From Malacoraja senta (Eukaryota), in contig CM075991.1 of NCBI GenBank assembly GCA_038087875.1, positions 6,822,001 to 6,886,000 of the forward strand: a stretch of 64,000 nt of DNA, given 5' to 3'. Position numbers and translations under genes: made by a program. This document shows, one piece after another, positions 12,496 through 25,460 of this stretch. Under the pieces are notes generated by a model. It searched no databases. It worked only from the letters and a program-made list of their open reading frames with translations, and was not told where the DNA came from. Each line of letters begins with the position of its first letter. Within the stretch, counting starts at the first letter, position 1.

Positions 12496-13934
12496 TACAT
12501 GTATATATCACATATATCATAATATAGATCGCTGCGAAGGCGGGATACATCTACCAATCGATCTAAGTGCTGGAGTACATCTTAGCTAGCATCTCTGGCG
12601 AAAAATGATGGGTGGCTTTTCGGGTATGGACCCTTCTTCAGACTGCTGCCTGACCCACTGAGTTACTCAAGCACTTTGTGTCTATCTCTGGTGTAAACCA
12701 GCTATATCTCTCGTTTCCCTTTCCCGCGACTTTCAGTCTGAAGAAGGGTCTCGACCTGAAACATTGCCCATCCCTTCCCTCCAGAGATGCTGCCCGTCCC
12801 GCTGAGTTACTCCAGCTTTTTGTGTCTATCTTCAGCATTTGCTTTGTTTCTATCATCCAACCACATTCCCGTCTCTTCGATATTCGCACCTGTCTTTATT
12901 TCTAAAGAAACAATGCCAGACGAGGAAGCTGCATCTTAGTCTGACCGAGGAAGGGTCTCGACCCGAAATGTCACTGATTCCTTTTCTCCAGAGATGCTGT
13001 CTGACCCGCTGAGTTACTCCAGCATTTTGTGTCTATCTTCTGTTTAAACCAGCAACTGCAGTTCCTTCCTACACATCTTACCGAAATAGTGCAGACTGGA
13101 AAAAAAAGAAGCCGAATCAATATAATTGTTACACTTTGAAATTTTCCATGCAATTGACTGGTTATGTCGAAACATGTACGTAAAGCGAATGGAATAAATT
13201 AGTTTCGGGATCATTGAAATAGGAGTGCTGATTAAAGTTATATTTATTCTCGCGGAAGCTACAGTTTCCTAACAAAACCAGAGCCGGGACAAATATCTGG
13301 AACTGAGTATATAATTTCTGACGGAGTCTGGCAGGTTTTACTCGCTCCTTGGGAACTTCGAATGCAGGAACTTCGAATGCAGGCCACTCAAGGGCACAGA
13401 CAGCGGCTAATTTGGTGGTTTCCAGCCTCCTGCGCAGTTCCTGTCATTTTTGAGAGGGAGTGAAGGCTATATCCCAAGTCTCAAAACACTGAGTTCTTCA
13501 TTTGACCTGCAATGACCTTGAGAATGTGACTTGTAATTGTTTCTGAAGATCCAATCCCGGTAAACTGGATTTAATCTTGCTGGTGTATTCTGGTACTTTT
13601 TGCAACCAGAGAATTGAACAGTTTTAACACTTGTCGGTATAAGAAAAGGATCGGGGCAACGGGCCAGGGGGCAAAGATGGGGTGGGGTGGTCAATAAGGA
13701 AGGAAGTTCCATATTTTCCTCTTAATTGTTTAGACTGCGGAAGAGTTAAATCAGTGCCAGAAGTAAGTCTTGCCCCTAGTCCCACGAGATTCATTAAGAA
13801 AAACTTGATTGTTAAATTAATGAAATATAATAAAGTGACTAAAAGTTCTAGAGTAACTCAACGGGGTCTTAAATTAATGTAATAGAATAAAACGGACTCG
13901 AAGTTCTGGAGCAACTCAAGGGGTCAGGCAACGT

Positions 13935-14462
13935 CGAGTCTTTGGGTACTTTTAAAGTAGAGATTAAGCTGGAGAAACTCAGCGGGTGAGGCGAGGTGGG
14001 AGAATGCAACCTTCACGTGGTCCGCCCTGTTTCGACAAGTGCACAATCAAATAAGATCAAATAGAACAAGTTGTCCGATAACTTTAGGCTGTGCATGCCA
14101 TACGCAAGAAGAAGAAGCGGGTGAGGCAGCATCTATGGAGCGAAGGAAATAGGCAACGTTTCGGACCGAAACCCTTCTTCAGACTGGAGAAGGGTTTCGG
14201 CCCGAAACATTGCCTATTTCCTTCGCTCCATAGATGCTGCCTCACCCGCTGAATTTCTCCAGCATTTTTGTCTACCTTCGATTTTCCAGCATCTGCAGTT
14301 CCTTCTGAGAGATTAACAGATACTTGATTAGTAAGGATGTCAAGGGTTATGGGGAGAAGGCAGGAGAATGGGGGTTGAGAGTGAAAGGTAGATCAGCCAT
14401 GATTGGGTGGCGGAGTAGATTTGATGGGTCGAATGGCCCACTTCTGCTCCAATGACTTATGA
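13935..14462 (+). mobile_element. CR1 3' end interrupted by a family B inverted-pair element (~13968-14307)
   Basis: CR1 3' text (gagtctttgggtacttttaaag...gggttatggggagaaggcagg...gaatggcc) is split by arms gctggagaaactcagcggg.../...gcatctgcagttccttc, with repeated agagattaa on both sides. Confidence 0.75.
13993..14115 (+). mobile_element. HDV-ribozyme-headed short retroposon, copy 1 (internally deleted)
   Basis: 12-bp TSD agcgggtgaggc (13981-13992, 14116-14127); (AAG)n tail; homologous to 61588-61726. Confidence 0.85.
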
Positions 14463-15144
14463 GTTTACGAGCGTATCTCTGGAGAACATGAATCGGTGAC
14501 GTTTCGAGTCGGGACCCTTCTTCCGACTGAAATATAATTTCAGGTAGAAATAATCTATAAACCCGTGCATATATACAGCAGTGTACATCTGAGTGAGTCG
14601 AGGGGAAGGATAACTTGTCGACGCAAAAGGCTGCTGATGCTGGTTTACAAAAAAAAGGGACATGTTGGAGTAATTCGGCGGGTCAGGCAGCATCTCTGGG
14701 GGACATGGAAAGGTGACGTTTCGGGTCTGGACCTTTCTTCGGAGTGATTATTAAGAGTTATTCTTCAGGAATAACTTGGTCTCTTGGCAGAAACTGAATA
14801 CCCTCACATAAATATTGCCTTAACTCTGCTCAAAGCATAATCCGAATCAGGTCGAATCCATGTCGGCAACGTTAAACTGAACTCCCACACCATCCACACC
14901 CACCCAGTGCGTCGCCACTTCCCATCAGTGGGAGAAATGTTGTTTTGTGTTGCATGCAACAAAATGGAAAACCTAATAATTCTACAGAATATTACAGAAA
15001 CAAAGCCCCCCCCACCTTCTCTCCCCGACACACAAATAACCCCACCCCCCTCCCCCCCACACTATTCTGGGGAAATTTGAAGCCATTTAGTTTAAATCAG
15101 TAAAACATCTCCCGATGCAAAACGCAAAACAGAAGGTACAAGAA

Positions 15145-17407
15145 GGTACACAAAAATGCTGGAGAAACTCAGCGGGTGCAGCAGCATCTATGGAGCGAAG
15201 GAAATATCTTTTTCTGGATATAGAATAAATTGGAATAAAAGTGAAATTATGACGTTAAAACCTCAAGAACCTACACACTTATTGAAGTTCCCCTTTAAAA
15301 TAGCAACAGAAAATTTTAAATATCTGGGTATTCAGATTACTAGAAAACATAAAGCATTATTCAATGCTAATTTTATACCTTTATTAAGCAAAAACTTAAT
15401 ATACTGATTAAATTTTGGAAAACACTTCCTTTATCATTAATAGGTAGAATAAATGCCATAAAAATGATCTTTCTACCACAACTATTATACCTATTTCAGT
15501 CTATACCAGTATATGTACCAAAATATATATATTTTTAATTAGACTCTAATATTACTAATTTTATTTGGGATTATAAATCACATAGAATTAAAAAAGAACA
15601 CTTATGTAAACCAAAAGATGTAGGGGCCTTTCACTCCCGAATTTTCTGTATTATTATTGGGCAGTACTTATTAAGAATATAATTTACTGGTTGGATAGTT
15701 CTACCCAACAGACAGAATGGATAAAAATGGAGAAAGAGGATTATTTTCCTTGTTAATATAGGAATGATCCTCTTCTCCCCCAAAAAACTGAACAATACAA
15801 TACATAAGAAGAACCCAATTATACATGATACAATAAGAATATGGAAACAAATAAAATTATCCTTAAAATTAAGAAACCTATCATTGTTAACACCAATAGC
15901 GAATAATTCTTTATTTAAACCATCTCTTATGGACAAAACATATAATTAATGGAAAAGTTTAGGAATGAAAAGGATCGGGGATATGTATGAAATGGGAAAT
16001 TTATTATTATTTCAACAATTACAATTAAAATTTAAATTGAAAAACAACCATTATTTTAAATATCTTCAGATTTGCAATTTCTTGAAGAAATACATACAAG
16101 GATATCAAAAAAGAACCCCTGATTTATTGGAAGAAGCAATGAATATTAAAGCTGATGCACAAAAATTAATATCATATTTATATAATAGTATTTTAAATAT
16201 AGACCTACCAGCGACAGAGGTACTTAGAGAAGAGTGGGAACGGAAATTAATGATAAAAATTACGAAGGTTACATGGGAAAAGTATTTGATATACATTCAC
16301 AAATGTTCGATTAATGCAAGATAATCTAATTCAATTTAAAATTTTACATAGATTATATTATTCAAAAACAAGATTAAATACATTCTATCCAAATATATCC
16401 CCCACTTGCGATAAGTGTTTAACCCAAAATGCAACTATAACACACTCTTTTGTTTCCTGTATAAAACTTTATAGATTCTGGAGTGATATTTTTGAAATAA
16501 TTTACAAAATTATTTAAGATAAAAATGGAACCTAATAATGAATTGATTATATTTGGGGTAATGGAAGATGGGAATAAACTGAATACATCTAAAAAATTAT
16601 TTTTAAATTATGGTTTAATAAAAGCAAAACAATTAATACTTAAATTTTGGAAAAATACACCAATACCAACGCTCAAAATGTGGATTGCAAGTATGTTGGA
16701 CACCGCACATCTTGAGGAAATGCAATTCCTCCTAATAGATAAATCTGACCAATTCATAACGAGTTGGTCTCCATTTGCCGTCTTTTTGGAATCATATGGT
16801 GCAACACAATTGTAAAAGCTAACTGTCTCGTGACTGGGCGAGGGATGTTTAAGATTATAAATAAGATCTCCTTACTTCTTTTTTCTTTTTCTTCCTTTTT
16901 TCTTTTACTCTCTTTTTCCTATTTTCTACTCTTTAACTTTCTTCTTTCATTCTCTATTTTTCTTCAACACACACTATATATCTCACGTTTTTCTATACTT
17001 TATTATCTAATTTATTTTTCTTTTTCCTCTTTACTACAATAAAAAAATAAGAAGCTGTACATAAAATGTATTATGAAAATATGATTGTATACAATTGTAA
17101 TTACTTCTAATAAAATTTAAAAAAAAAAATTTAAAAAAAAATGCTGGAGAAACTCAGCGGGTGCAGTAGCATCTATGGAGCGAGGGAAATAGGCCACAAA
17201 AATGCTGGAGAAACTCAGCGGGTGCAGCAGCATCTATGGAGCAAAGGAAATAGGCCACAAAAATGCTGGAGAAACTCAGCGGGTGCACAAAAATGCTGGA
17301 GAAACTCAGTGGCCTATTTCCTTCGCTCCATAGATGCTGCTGCACCCGCTGAGTTTCTCCAGTATTTTTGTGTACCTTCGATTTTCCAGCATCTGCAGTT
17401 CCTTCTT
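15145..17407. mobile_element. Family B Penelope-derived inverted element with internal tandem units, hosting an L1
   Basis: 18-bp TSD aaacagaaggtacaagaa at 15127-15144 and 17408-17425. Tandem ~61-bp units at 17137-17310, followed by an inverted arm. Confidence 0.75.
15207..17140 (+). mobile_element. 5'-truncated, frameshifted L1-clade LINE (ORF2 C-terminal part, 3'UTR, poly-A)
   Basis: SGYRINWNKSE...FKYLGIQIT (RT end) and QFKILHRLYY...CDKC...HSFVSC (CCHC). AATAAA near 17109 followed by an A-tail. Confidence 0.9.
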
Positions 17408-18006
17408 AAACAGAAGGTACAAGAATCTCAGATTAACCTCTCTGCGTTCTCTGAAGTATTTTCTGATGCAGATGCTGAAAGTTTAGCTCAGTGGGATACA
17501 CAGAAAATAAATGTTCTCGCCTCTTCCAATGTTAGCACCAATACCAATACAAAGTGATGACATTCCTCAAGAATGCACGATAGAAACACCTTAATATTAT
17601 ATCAGTGTCTTAATATTATAGCGACAAAGGCACTTAGCAGTTCAGATAGCAACGATCGAGAGGGAAGCGTGAAGTTTCAATTCGATAGCCTTTCATTATA
17701 AGCTCTCACCTGATTTTAAGCACATCACAGTAGGCAATGGTAATTCGGAAGTATCTCATTCACTTTTAAAGTTCACGAATGGGTGGGCTGCTGTGACCGT
17801 TATTGCAACATGAACCAGGCAAGAGTCTATTTTAAAGAAACATTGCATCGGGAAAGCTGTTGTTTGGAATCCTAGGATCGGTTGCTCACAGAATTAGGCC
17901 ATTCGGCCCATTCAAAGCGTACCGGTTCCTTTTTGAACAATCCTCTCAGTCCCATTCTCCAGCTCTACACATGTAACCTTTCCAATTATCTCCCCCAAAT
18001 CTCCAC

Positions 18007-18102
18007 CTCACTCACTCACTCACTCACTCACACACTCACTCACTCACTCACTCACTCACTCACTCACTCACTCACTCACTCACTCACTCACTCACTCACT
18101 CA
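18007..18102. repeat. (CTCA)n microsatellite
   Basis: Direct reading. Confidence 0.95.
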
Positions 18103-18580
18103 CATCCTCACCCTCAACCTCACCCACCCCCCCCCCCCCCGAGTTCAGCTATTCAATTCACTTAAAGGAGGCGTGATTAACTTTGTTCAATAATGCTTTA
18201 TTTGTCACATCTGCAACTGCACAATGAAAATCCAATCTGCATATATTTCACATGCAGGCACCACCAGTTTTGGCGCCATTATTCAAAGCAAAGTCCGGTC
18301 GACTCGCGTATTCGATGTACTGGAATCGTTCCGCGAAGGACTCCCTCTCCTCTCTTTGCTCTTTGTATCCCGGGTTTCCACAGCCCCCATCAGCAATGAA
18401 TTCCTGGTCATTACTATTCTTCATGTAAGTTTTACTTTCCACATAGGCCCCCTCCCCCCCCCCCCACTTTTGTTGTCCATTGCTTTAAATATGCACCCCC
18501 TTGGTCTTGATGCACCTTCCCTCTATTCATTCTGCCTATAGTGGACATGATCGCCTTTGCTTCACTTTCCTGTCCACCTC

Positions 18581-18810
18581 AGTTTCAGTTTCAGTTTAGT
18601 TTATTGTCACGTGTACCGAGGTACAGTGAAAAGCTTTTGTTACCCATTAACCAGTCAGCAGAAAGTCAATACACGATTACAATCGAGCCATTACAGTGTA
18701 TAGATAAATGATAAGGGAATAACGTTTAGTGCAAGGTTAAGCCAGCAAAGTCTGATCAAGGATAGTGCGAGGGTCACCAATGAGGTAGATAGTAGTTCAG
18801 CACTGCTCCT
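18581..18810 (-). mobile_element. Rex1-type 3'UTR/tail fragment
   Basis: Same family as 42577-42955, where it joins a Rex1 ORF end. (AAACT)n tail and TGTACC-GA-GGTACA hairpin. Confidence 0.7.
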
Positions 18811-19551
18811 ATACACTAAAGAAAAACAAATCCAGCTTTTCCAGTCAATCCTTCAACTGAAACCCCTCATGACTGGCAGAATTCTAATAAAATCGAAATA
18901 ACTAATTAAATACTAATGTCATAATCCTAAATAAAACATCTACAGTTGCTTCTGAATAAAAGAGTGTGGCCTTTGCATTTACAACATTTTGCAAAGATAT
19001 ACTGCACGGTTTGGGTCACCGCTTAAATCCTTCCAGTCTTACATCCAGATAATATATTGGTCCATTCAACATTTTTTTGGAAACAGCTCATGACCTCCCT
19101 TCATCCGCCAGAGCTGAATTGGTTCCCAGAAAGGTCATGGTCATATTGCACAGAACAGGCCCTTTGGCCTACCTTGCCAATGACAATCAAGATACCCTCA
19201 TCTAATTCAGTCCCACCTTGCCGTGTTTGTCCCATATCCCTCAAAATGCTTCCTGTTCATGTATCTGTCCAAATGTCTTATAAATGGGACTTCACTTCAA
19301 GGTGGTCTTCTCTCAGAGTCATTCCACAGAGGCCTGAATCCCACCACACTGTTATTCATGGCCATTCAATACAAGGCAGGGAGGGGACCTGGGCAGCTCC
19401 TAAAATATTTGACAGCGAGCATGAGCAAGGCATAAAATAGTGACTTCTAAAGAAGGCACAAAACTGATATAAAGTGCACTGCAGTTCTTGATTTCATTTC
19501 CACAATACATTTTAGACCTGGAATCAGATGTAGCTGACTTGAGAATGTCTT

Positions 19552-20272
19552 CTGGGTGTGTTTGTACATCAGTCACTGAAAGTAAGCATGCAGGTACAGC
19601 AGGCAGTGAAGAAAACTAATGGCATGTTGGCCTTCATTGCGAGAGGATTTGAGTTTAGGAGCAAGGAGGTCCTACGGCAGTTGTACAGGGACCTGGTGAG
19701 ACTGCACCTGGAATATTGTGTGCAGTTTTGGTCTCCTAATTTGAGGAAGGACATTATTGCTATTGAGGGAGTGCAGCGTAGGTTGACCAGGTTAATTCCC
19801 GGGATGGCGGGACAGACATATGATGAAAGAATGGGTCGACTGGGCTTGTATTCACTAGAATTTAGAAGGATGAGAGGCAATCTTATAGAAAGATATACAA
19901 TTCTTAAAGGATTTGACATGCTAGATGCTGGATAAATGTTCTCGATTTTGGGGGAGTCCAAAACCAGGGGTCACAGTTTAAGGATAAGGGGTAGGCCATT
20001 TAGGACTGAGATGAGGAAACGCTTTTTCACCCAGAGAGTTGTGAATCTGTGGAATTCTCTGCCACAAAACGCAGTGGAGGCCAATTCACTGGATGTTTTC
20101 AAGAGAGGGTTAGATTTAGCTCTTTGGGCTAAAGGAATCAAGGAATATAGGGAAAAAGCAGGAACAGTGTACTGATTTCAGATGATCAGCCATGATCATA
20201 TTGAATGACGGTGCTGGCTCGAAGGGCCGAATGGTCTACTCCTGCACCTATTTTCTATGTTTCTATGTTTCT
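19552..20272 (+). mobile_element. CR1 LINE 3' fragment
   Basis: HLEYCVQFWSP, LGLYSLEFRR, TRGHSL, RVVNLWNSLP; (TTTCTATG)n tail. Confidence 0.92.
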
Positions 20273-21877
20273 GGCACCTTGGTTTGATACCGTGAAGTAC
20301 CACTGTTTCTAAAATACAATATTAAACACAATGATAAATCTCGGCCAATGCAATCATGATTTTGCACATGTGTTGGGGTAATTGATTTATCGATTTTTTG
20401 TTTATATATTATAATGTGTAAGGCCTGTTAAACTACTGCAAATAAAATGAAGACAGCATCAAGGAACTGCAGATGCTGGTTTCCAAATAAAACACAAAGT
20501 GCTGGACTGTCAGTCAGTCAGGCCGCATCTCAGGACAACATGGATAGGCGAAGTTTAGGGTCAAGACCCTTCTTCAACTGATTTAATAGTTCCGTTGTTG
20601 GTACATACGACAATTAAAGACTCTTGACGCTTGATACTACTATACACACAATATAATCGTATTGATTTTACCCCTGTTGTTAACACCTGACTTTCTGAAG
20701 CCTGTGCCCCACTTCTCATCCACCACCACCTCCACTGCCACCCTCCTCCCCTTTTTTCCATCACCCAGGCCTTCTGAAGTCCAAGCTCGAATGTCAGGTT
20801 CAACCTCTCGACCTTCCCCAAATGGTTTGATTTCACACGGCTTTATGCAAGGTCTCAGTTCCTCTGCCCTCCAAGAGTTACCGCCAGTTTGCACAGTGGG
20901 GGCCTTGGCTGGAAAAAAAACTGTCAACACTGACATAACCCAGGTCTTAAATCTAACTCCGGCATGTGTGGATAGCACTGGGCTGAGCAAACTCCAGTAC
21001 TTGAGACGGGCAATAAATTAACTCGCAACTTTGGACTTTGCTCCAGCATTCCGCATTTTTTTGGAATCCATTTGGTTCGATGGAAAAAATTCTGATCAAA
21101 TATTTATCATTTCAAATTAAAGGCTCTTGGGTTCACCAACCAATTCAAAACTCCCAAGGGATAGAATGAAGAATTATCCAGTCATGTGCATCAGTACAAG
21201 GGGAAGGGCCAGCTCCGTTGACCATTTAGGAAATAGAAATGATGTAGAATTAGAAAAGAATTGTTGAACATGCAGCACACCTCTCAGCAGCAGATGAGGG
21301 AGCTTGAAGAATGATATAGGCGGTTGTGCAACCCGTAACTGGTGGTCAGGTATGGGGGGCACCATCCCCTGTTCTACCTCTGTGCCAAGAAACTCATTAC
21401 AAACAAAAAAATAGCAAGAGATAGAGCCTTTGTGTCATACAGCACAGGAACAGGCCACTCAGTTGAACTTATCTTTGCCGATCAAGATGCCCAATCTCAG
21501 CTTGTCCCATTTTCCCACATTTGCTCCACATCCCTCGAAACCTCTCCTGTCCATGTACTTGTCAAAGTGACTTTAAAATGTTGTTATTGTACTTGCTTCA
21601 ACTACCTCCCCTGGCAGCTCGTTCCTTATACCCACCACCAAAGGTGAATATATGGTCTGGATTCTCATTTTGACTGTAGTTCGAGCAGGAGTGAGATGAA
21701 GAAATAATTTCGTTTTGAATGAATGGAAATCAGATTAGTAAGACATTCACTGGAATGAATTTTCCCTAATCTTTTTGAAAACTAAAGCAAGAGTCTTGTA
21801 TAAACTTACAACATTCTTTTGTTAGGAGACGTTCAAGATGATCAGTACGTTTGAATATGACAAACTGGTGGGGGATT

Positions 21878-22112
21878 ATTGGGTGTTTTGGTGATGCTGC
21901 AGGTAGTGCAGATGCCTCACTGGTAGTTCAATCCCGACCTCCAATGCTGCCCGTGACTGAATGCGTTGCCTCTGGGTGCTCCTCTTTCCTCTCGCCTCCC
22001 AAGACGTGCCAGTTGGAAAGTTAATTGTCCACTGTAATCTGTGCACTAGAATTATCGTTAAAGTGGAAAGGGTGAGGTTTTGGTACATTTGGCCCACCGT
22101 GGCCTGCAGATG
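21878..22112 (+). mobile_element. Decayed tRNA-derived V-SINE
   Basis: Degenerate B box (gttcaatcc) and V-domain-like text. Confidence 0.45.
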
Positions 22113-22999
22113 AAGATGATATCATTGTGTGGCTGAGTAAAAAAAAGCAAGGTATAGAGGGAAATGAAGAGGTGAAATGAAAAGAGAACACATTAGAAGA
22201 TATCTCCAAGTAATTCTTTGAAAGTAATAGGATAAGTTGAGACATTTATTCACAAAATTTATGTGTTTGTCTATTTAAAAATTAATTTATTGGATGTAGG
22301 TGTAGCTGGCAAGGCTGTCTCTACTTGGCAGTGAATCATCTTCGTGAACTACCTTGGTCAGTTTTCCTGGTAAATGTCCTCCTGATTCAGAAGAAGGGTC
22401 CCAACCCGAAGCATCACCTGCCCATTCCCTCCACAGATACTTCCTGATTCACTGAGTTGCTCCAACACTTTGTGCTTTGTGCTCCTATAATACTGTTTAG
22501 CAGGGAGTTCCAGGATACAGTTCCAACAAACTAGTATCATTTTAACAGAGTAAGCTCAAAATACTGAAGCATAACAATTGTGTAATGTTTTAATTTCTTC
22601 CATCAGTAAAGAACCAAAGTTTCTTGCCACTAAAAGCATAAAACATAGAAAACAGAAAAAAGGACCTCTCGTCAAACTTTTAAGAATGACTAATAAGACC
22701 TAGGCTGGAGTTTTATGCATGTTGCTGTGCTGTACCAACGTGAAAGGATGCCAACAGTTTAGAGAGGGTCACAAGGACATTTTCCAGGGATCAATTGTGC
22801 AGAGAGATCAGAGAAGTTTGAATTCTTCCGAGAGCGAAGAAGGAATTTATTGTATGTGCACAGTGTACATTCTCTGCCCAAAGGTCCAGACTTATATCTT
22901 CCACTGGCCAGCCTGGTGTAACACAAAGCAGTGCAGTGTAGGAATATACTTGTAGTGTAAGAATTTATTGGCATCAAAATCTAATCTCCATCCCACTAA

Positions 23000-24560
23000 C
23001 AACTAGAGCACAGTCCTGAGCTACTGTCTACCTCATTGGACACTCTCAGACTACCTTTAATCAGACTTTGGTAGACAAAAGTGCTGGAAAAACTCAGCGG
23101 GTGCAGCAGCATTTATGGAGCGAAGGAAATAGGCAACGTTTCAGGCCGACGTTGAAAGGCAACGTATCTGGACTTTCAGAAGGCTTTCGACAAGGTCCCA
23201 CATAAGAGATTAGTATACAAACTTAAAGCACATGGTATTGGGGGTTCAGTATTGATATAGATAGAGAACTGGCTGGCAGACAGGAAGCAAAGAGTAGTTA
23301 ACGTGTCATTTTCAGAATGGCAGGCAGTGACTAGTGGGGTACCGCAAGGCTCAGTGCTGGGACCCCAGCCATTTACAATATATATTAATGATTTGGACGA
23401 GGGAATTGAATGCAACATCTCCAAGTTTGCGGATGACACAAAGCTGGGGGGCAGTGTTAGCTGTGAGGAGGGTGCTAGGAGGCTGCAAGATGACTTGGAT
23501 AGGCTGGGTGAGTGGGCAAATGCATGGCAGTTGCAGTATAATGTGGATAAATGTGAGGTTATCCACTTTGGTGGCAAAAACAGGAAAGTAGACTATTACC
23601 TGAATGGTGGCCGATTAGGAAAAGGGGAGATGCAACGAGACCTGGGTGTCATGGTACACCAGTCATTGAAAGTAGGCATGCAGGTGCAGCAAGCAGTGAA
23701 AAAAGCGAATGGTATGTTAGCATTCATAGCAAAAGGATTTGAGTATAGGAGCAGGGAGGTTCTACTGCAGTTGTACAGGGTCTTAGTGAGACCACACCTG
23801 GAGTATTGCATACAGTTTTGGTCTCCTAATCTGAGGAAGAACATTCTTGTCATAGAGGGAGTACAGAGAAGGTTCACCAGACTGATTCCTGGGATGTCAG
23901 GACTTTCATACGAAGAAAGACTGGATAGACTCGGCTTGTACTCGCTAGAATTTAGAAGATTGAGGGGGGATCTTATAGAAACTTACAAAATTCTTAAGGG
24001 GTTGGGCAGGCTAGATGCAGGAAGATTGTTCCCGATGTTGGAGAAGTCCAGAACAAGGGGTCACAGTTTAAGGATAAAGGGAAAATCTTTTAGGACCGAG
24101 ATGAGAAAAACATTTTTCACACAGAGTGTGATGAATCTCTGGAATTCTCTGTCACAGAATGTAGTTGAGGCCAGTTCATTGGCTATATTTAAGAGGGAGT
24201 TAGATGTGGCCCTTGTGGCTAAAGGGATCAGGGGGTATGGAGAGAAGGCAGGTACAGGATACTGAGTTGGATGATCAGCCATGATCATATTGAATGGCGG
24301 TGCAGGCTCGAAGGGCCGAATGGCCTACTCCTGCACCTATTTTCTATGTTTCTATGAAACCCTTCTTCAGACTTATCGGACTTTACTGGCCTTTATCTTG
24401 AACAGAACATTACTCCCTTTATATCCGTACCCTGTGGATGGCTCGATTGTAATCACGTATTGTCTTTCCACTGATTGGTTAGCACACAACAAAAAGCTTT
24501 TCACTGTACCTCGGTACACGTGATAATAAACAAAAGTAAATTAAACTAATCTAAACTAAG
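23000..24560 (+). mobile_element. Three-level nest: Rex1-type tail containing a family B arm containing a CR1
   Basis: Rex1 tail at 23000-23070 resumes at ~24375. Arm at 23071-23150 resumes as gaaacccttcttcagact at ~24356. Confidence 0.7.
23164..24355 (+). mobile_element. Young CR1 LINE 3' part (RT domain, open frame 23303-24265)
   Basis: YLDFQKAFDKVPH, GVPQGSVLGP, KFADDTKL, RPHLEYC; (TTTCTATG)n tail. Confidence 0.95.
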
Positions 24561-25460
24561 CTTATCTAAAATCACCCCCCGTGAGGTGTTGTCCCATATC
24601 CCTAACAGTTAATACGTTTGAGAACTTTTCAAAAGGATTAGACTTTTCTTTTACCTAAAATCCATTCACTGTTAACAGATTCCAGTTACTATTTGAAAGG
24701 GGGAGTACAGGAGCTGTTCAAAATCCATCTTATGAATGTATTCCAACCATTTGATTTGATAGTGAGTTGTAATTTTAAACATGGTTGCTCTCTAAGGAGT
24801 CTGTGTTTCGTTTCTTAAGCTTGGAACATTTATTGTTCCTAATCACTCTATTTACTAGCACTGCCCAGTCTCCAACACCCACCATCACATAGTTTTTTAT
24901 AACTGAAAGATTGATAATATTTTCTGTCCTGGGTTTACAGACATGAGGAATACACCTTTTACTAAAACTTTAGGGAAAAATAAATTGGAGTCCGAAGAAG
25001 GGTCTCGACCCAAAACATTACCTATTTGTTTTCTCCTGAGATGCTATCTGACCCGCTGAGTTACTCTGGCTTTTTGTCTCCAAATTGGAGAATATTGTAC
25101 AAAAGACAATATTATATGCAGGCCTGAGTAAATCAAGCATAATAATGACATGCTGGTTGGCATGTGTTAGACCAAAATAGCACACAGTTTAATTGATGTT
25201 AAATCTTTTTAAAAAATCACTCCCCCTGCTTGCATTTCATATCATGTCACAGCAACAGCTTATATCATTCTGTGTGGTTTTTTGCCCCGCATTATTCAGA
25301 TTCTGCAGCATAGTGTTAAAATCTGCTGATTTAAAATCAGTGATGCAGTGATTCAAAATTCTAATTCACTGCATTTTACAGTGAAAATGATGCCTCTGGG
25401 GCTGAAAATGCTACGTATTCTGTAGTGGCTTCATTTACTTTCTTTGAACCTCACTGCGAC

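Noticed and set aside
23176..23877. Minus-strand ORFs over CR1 (also 19569-19961, 57663-58318)
   Set aside because: Antisense shadows of CR1 ORF2.
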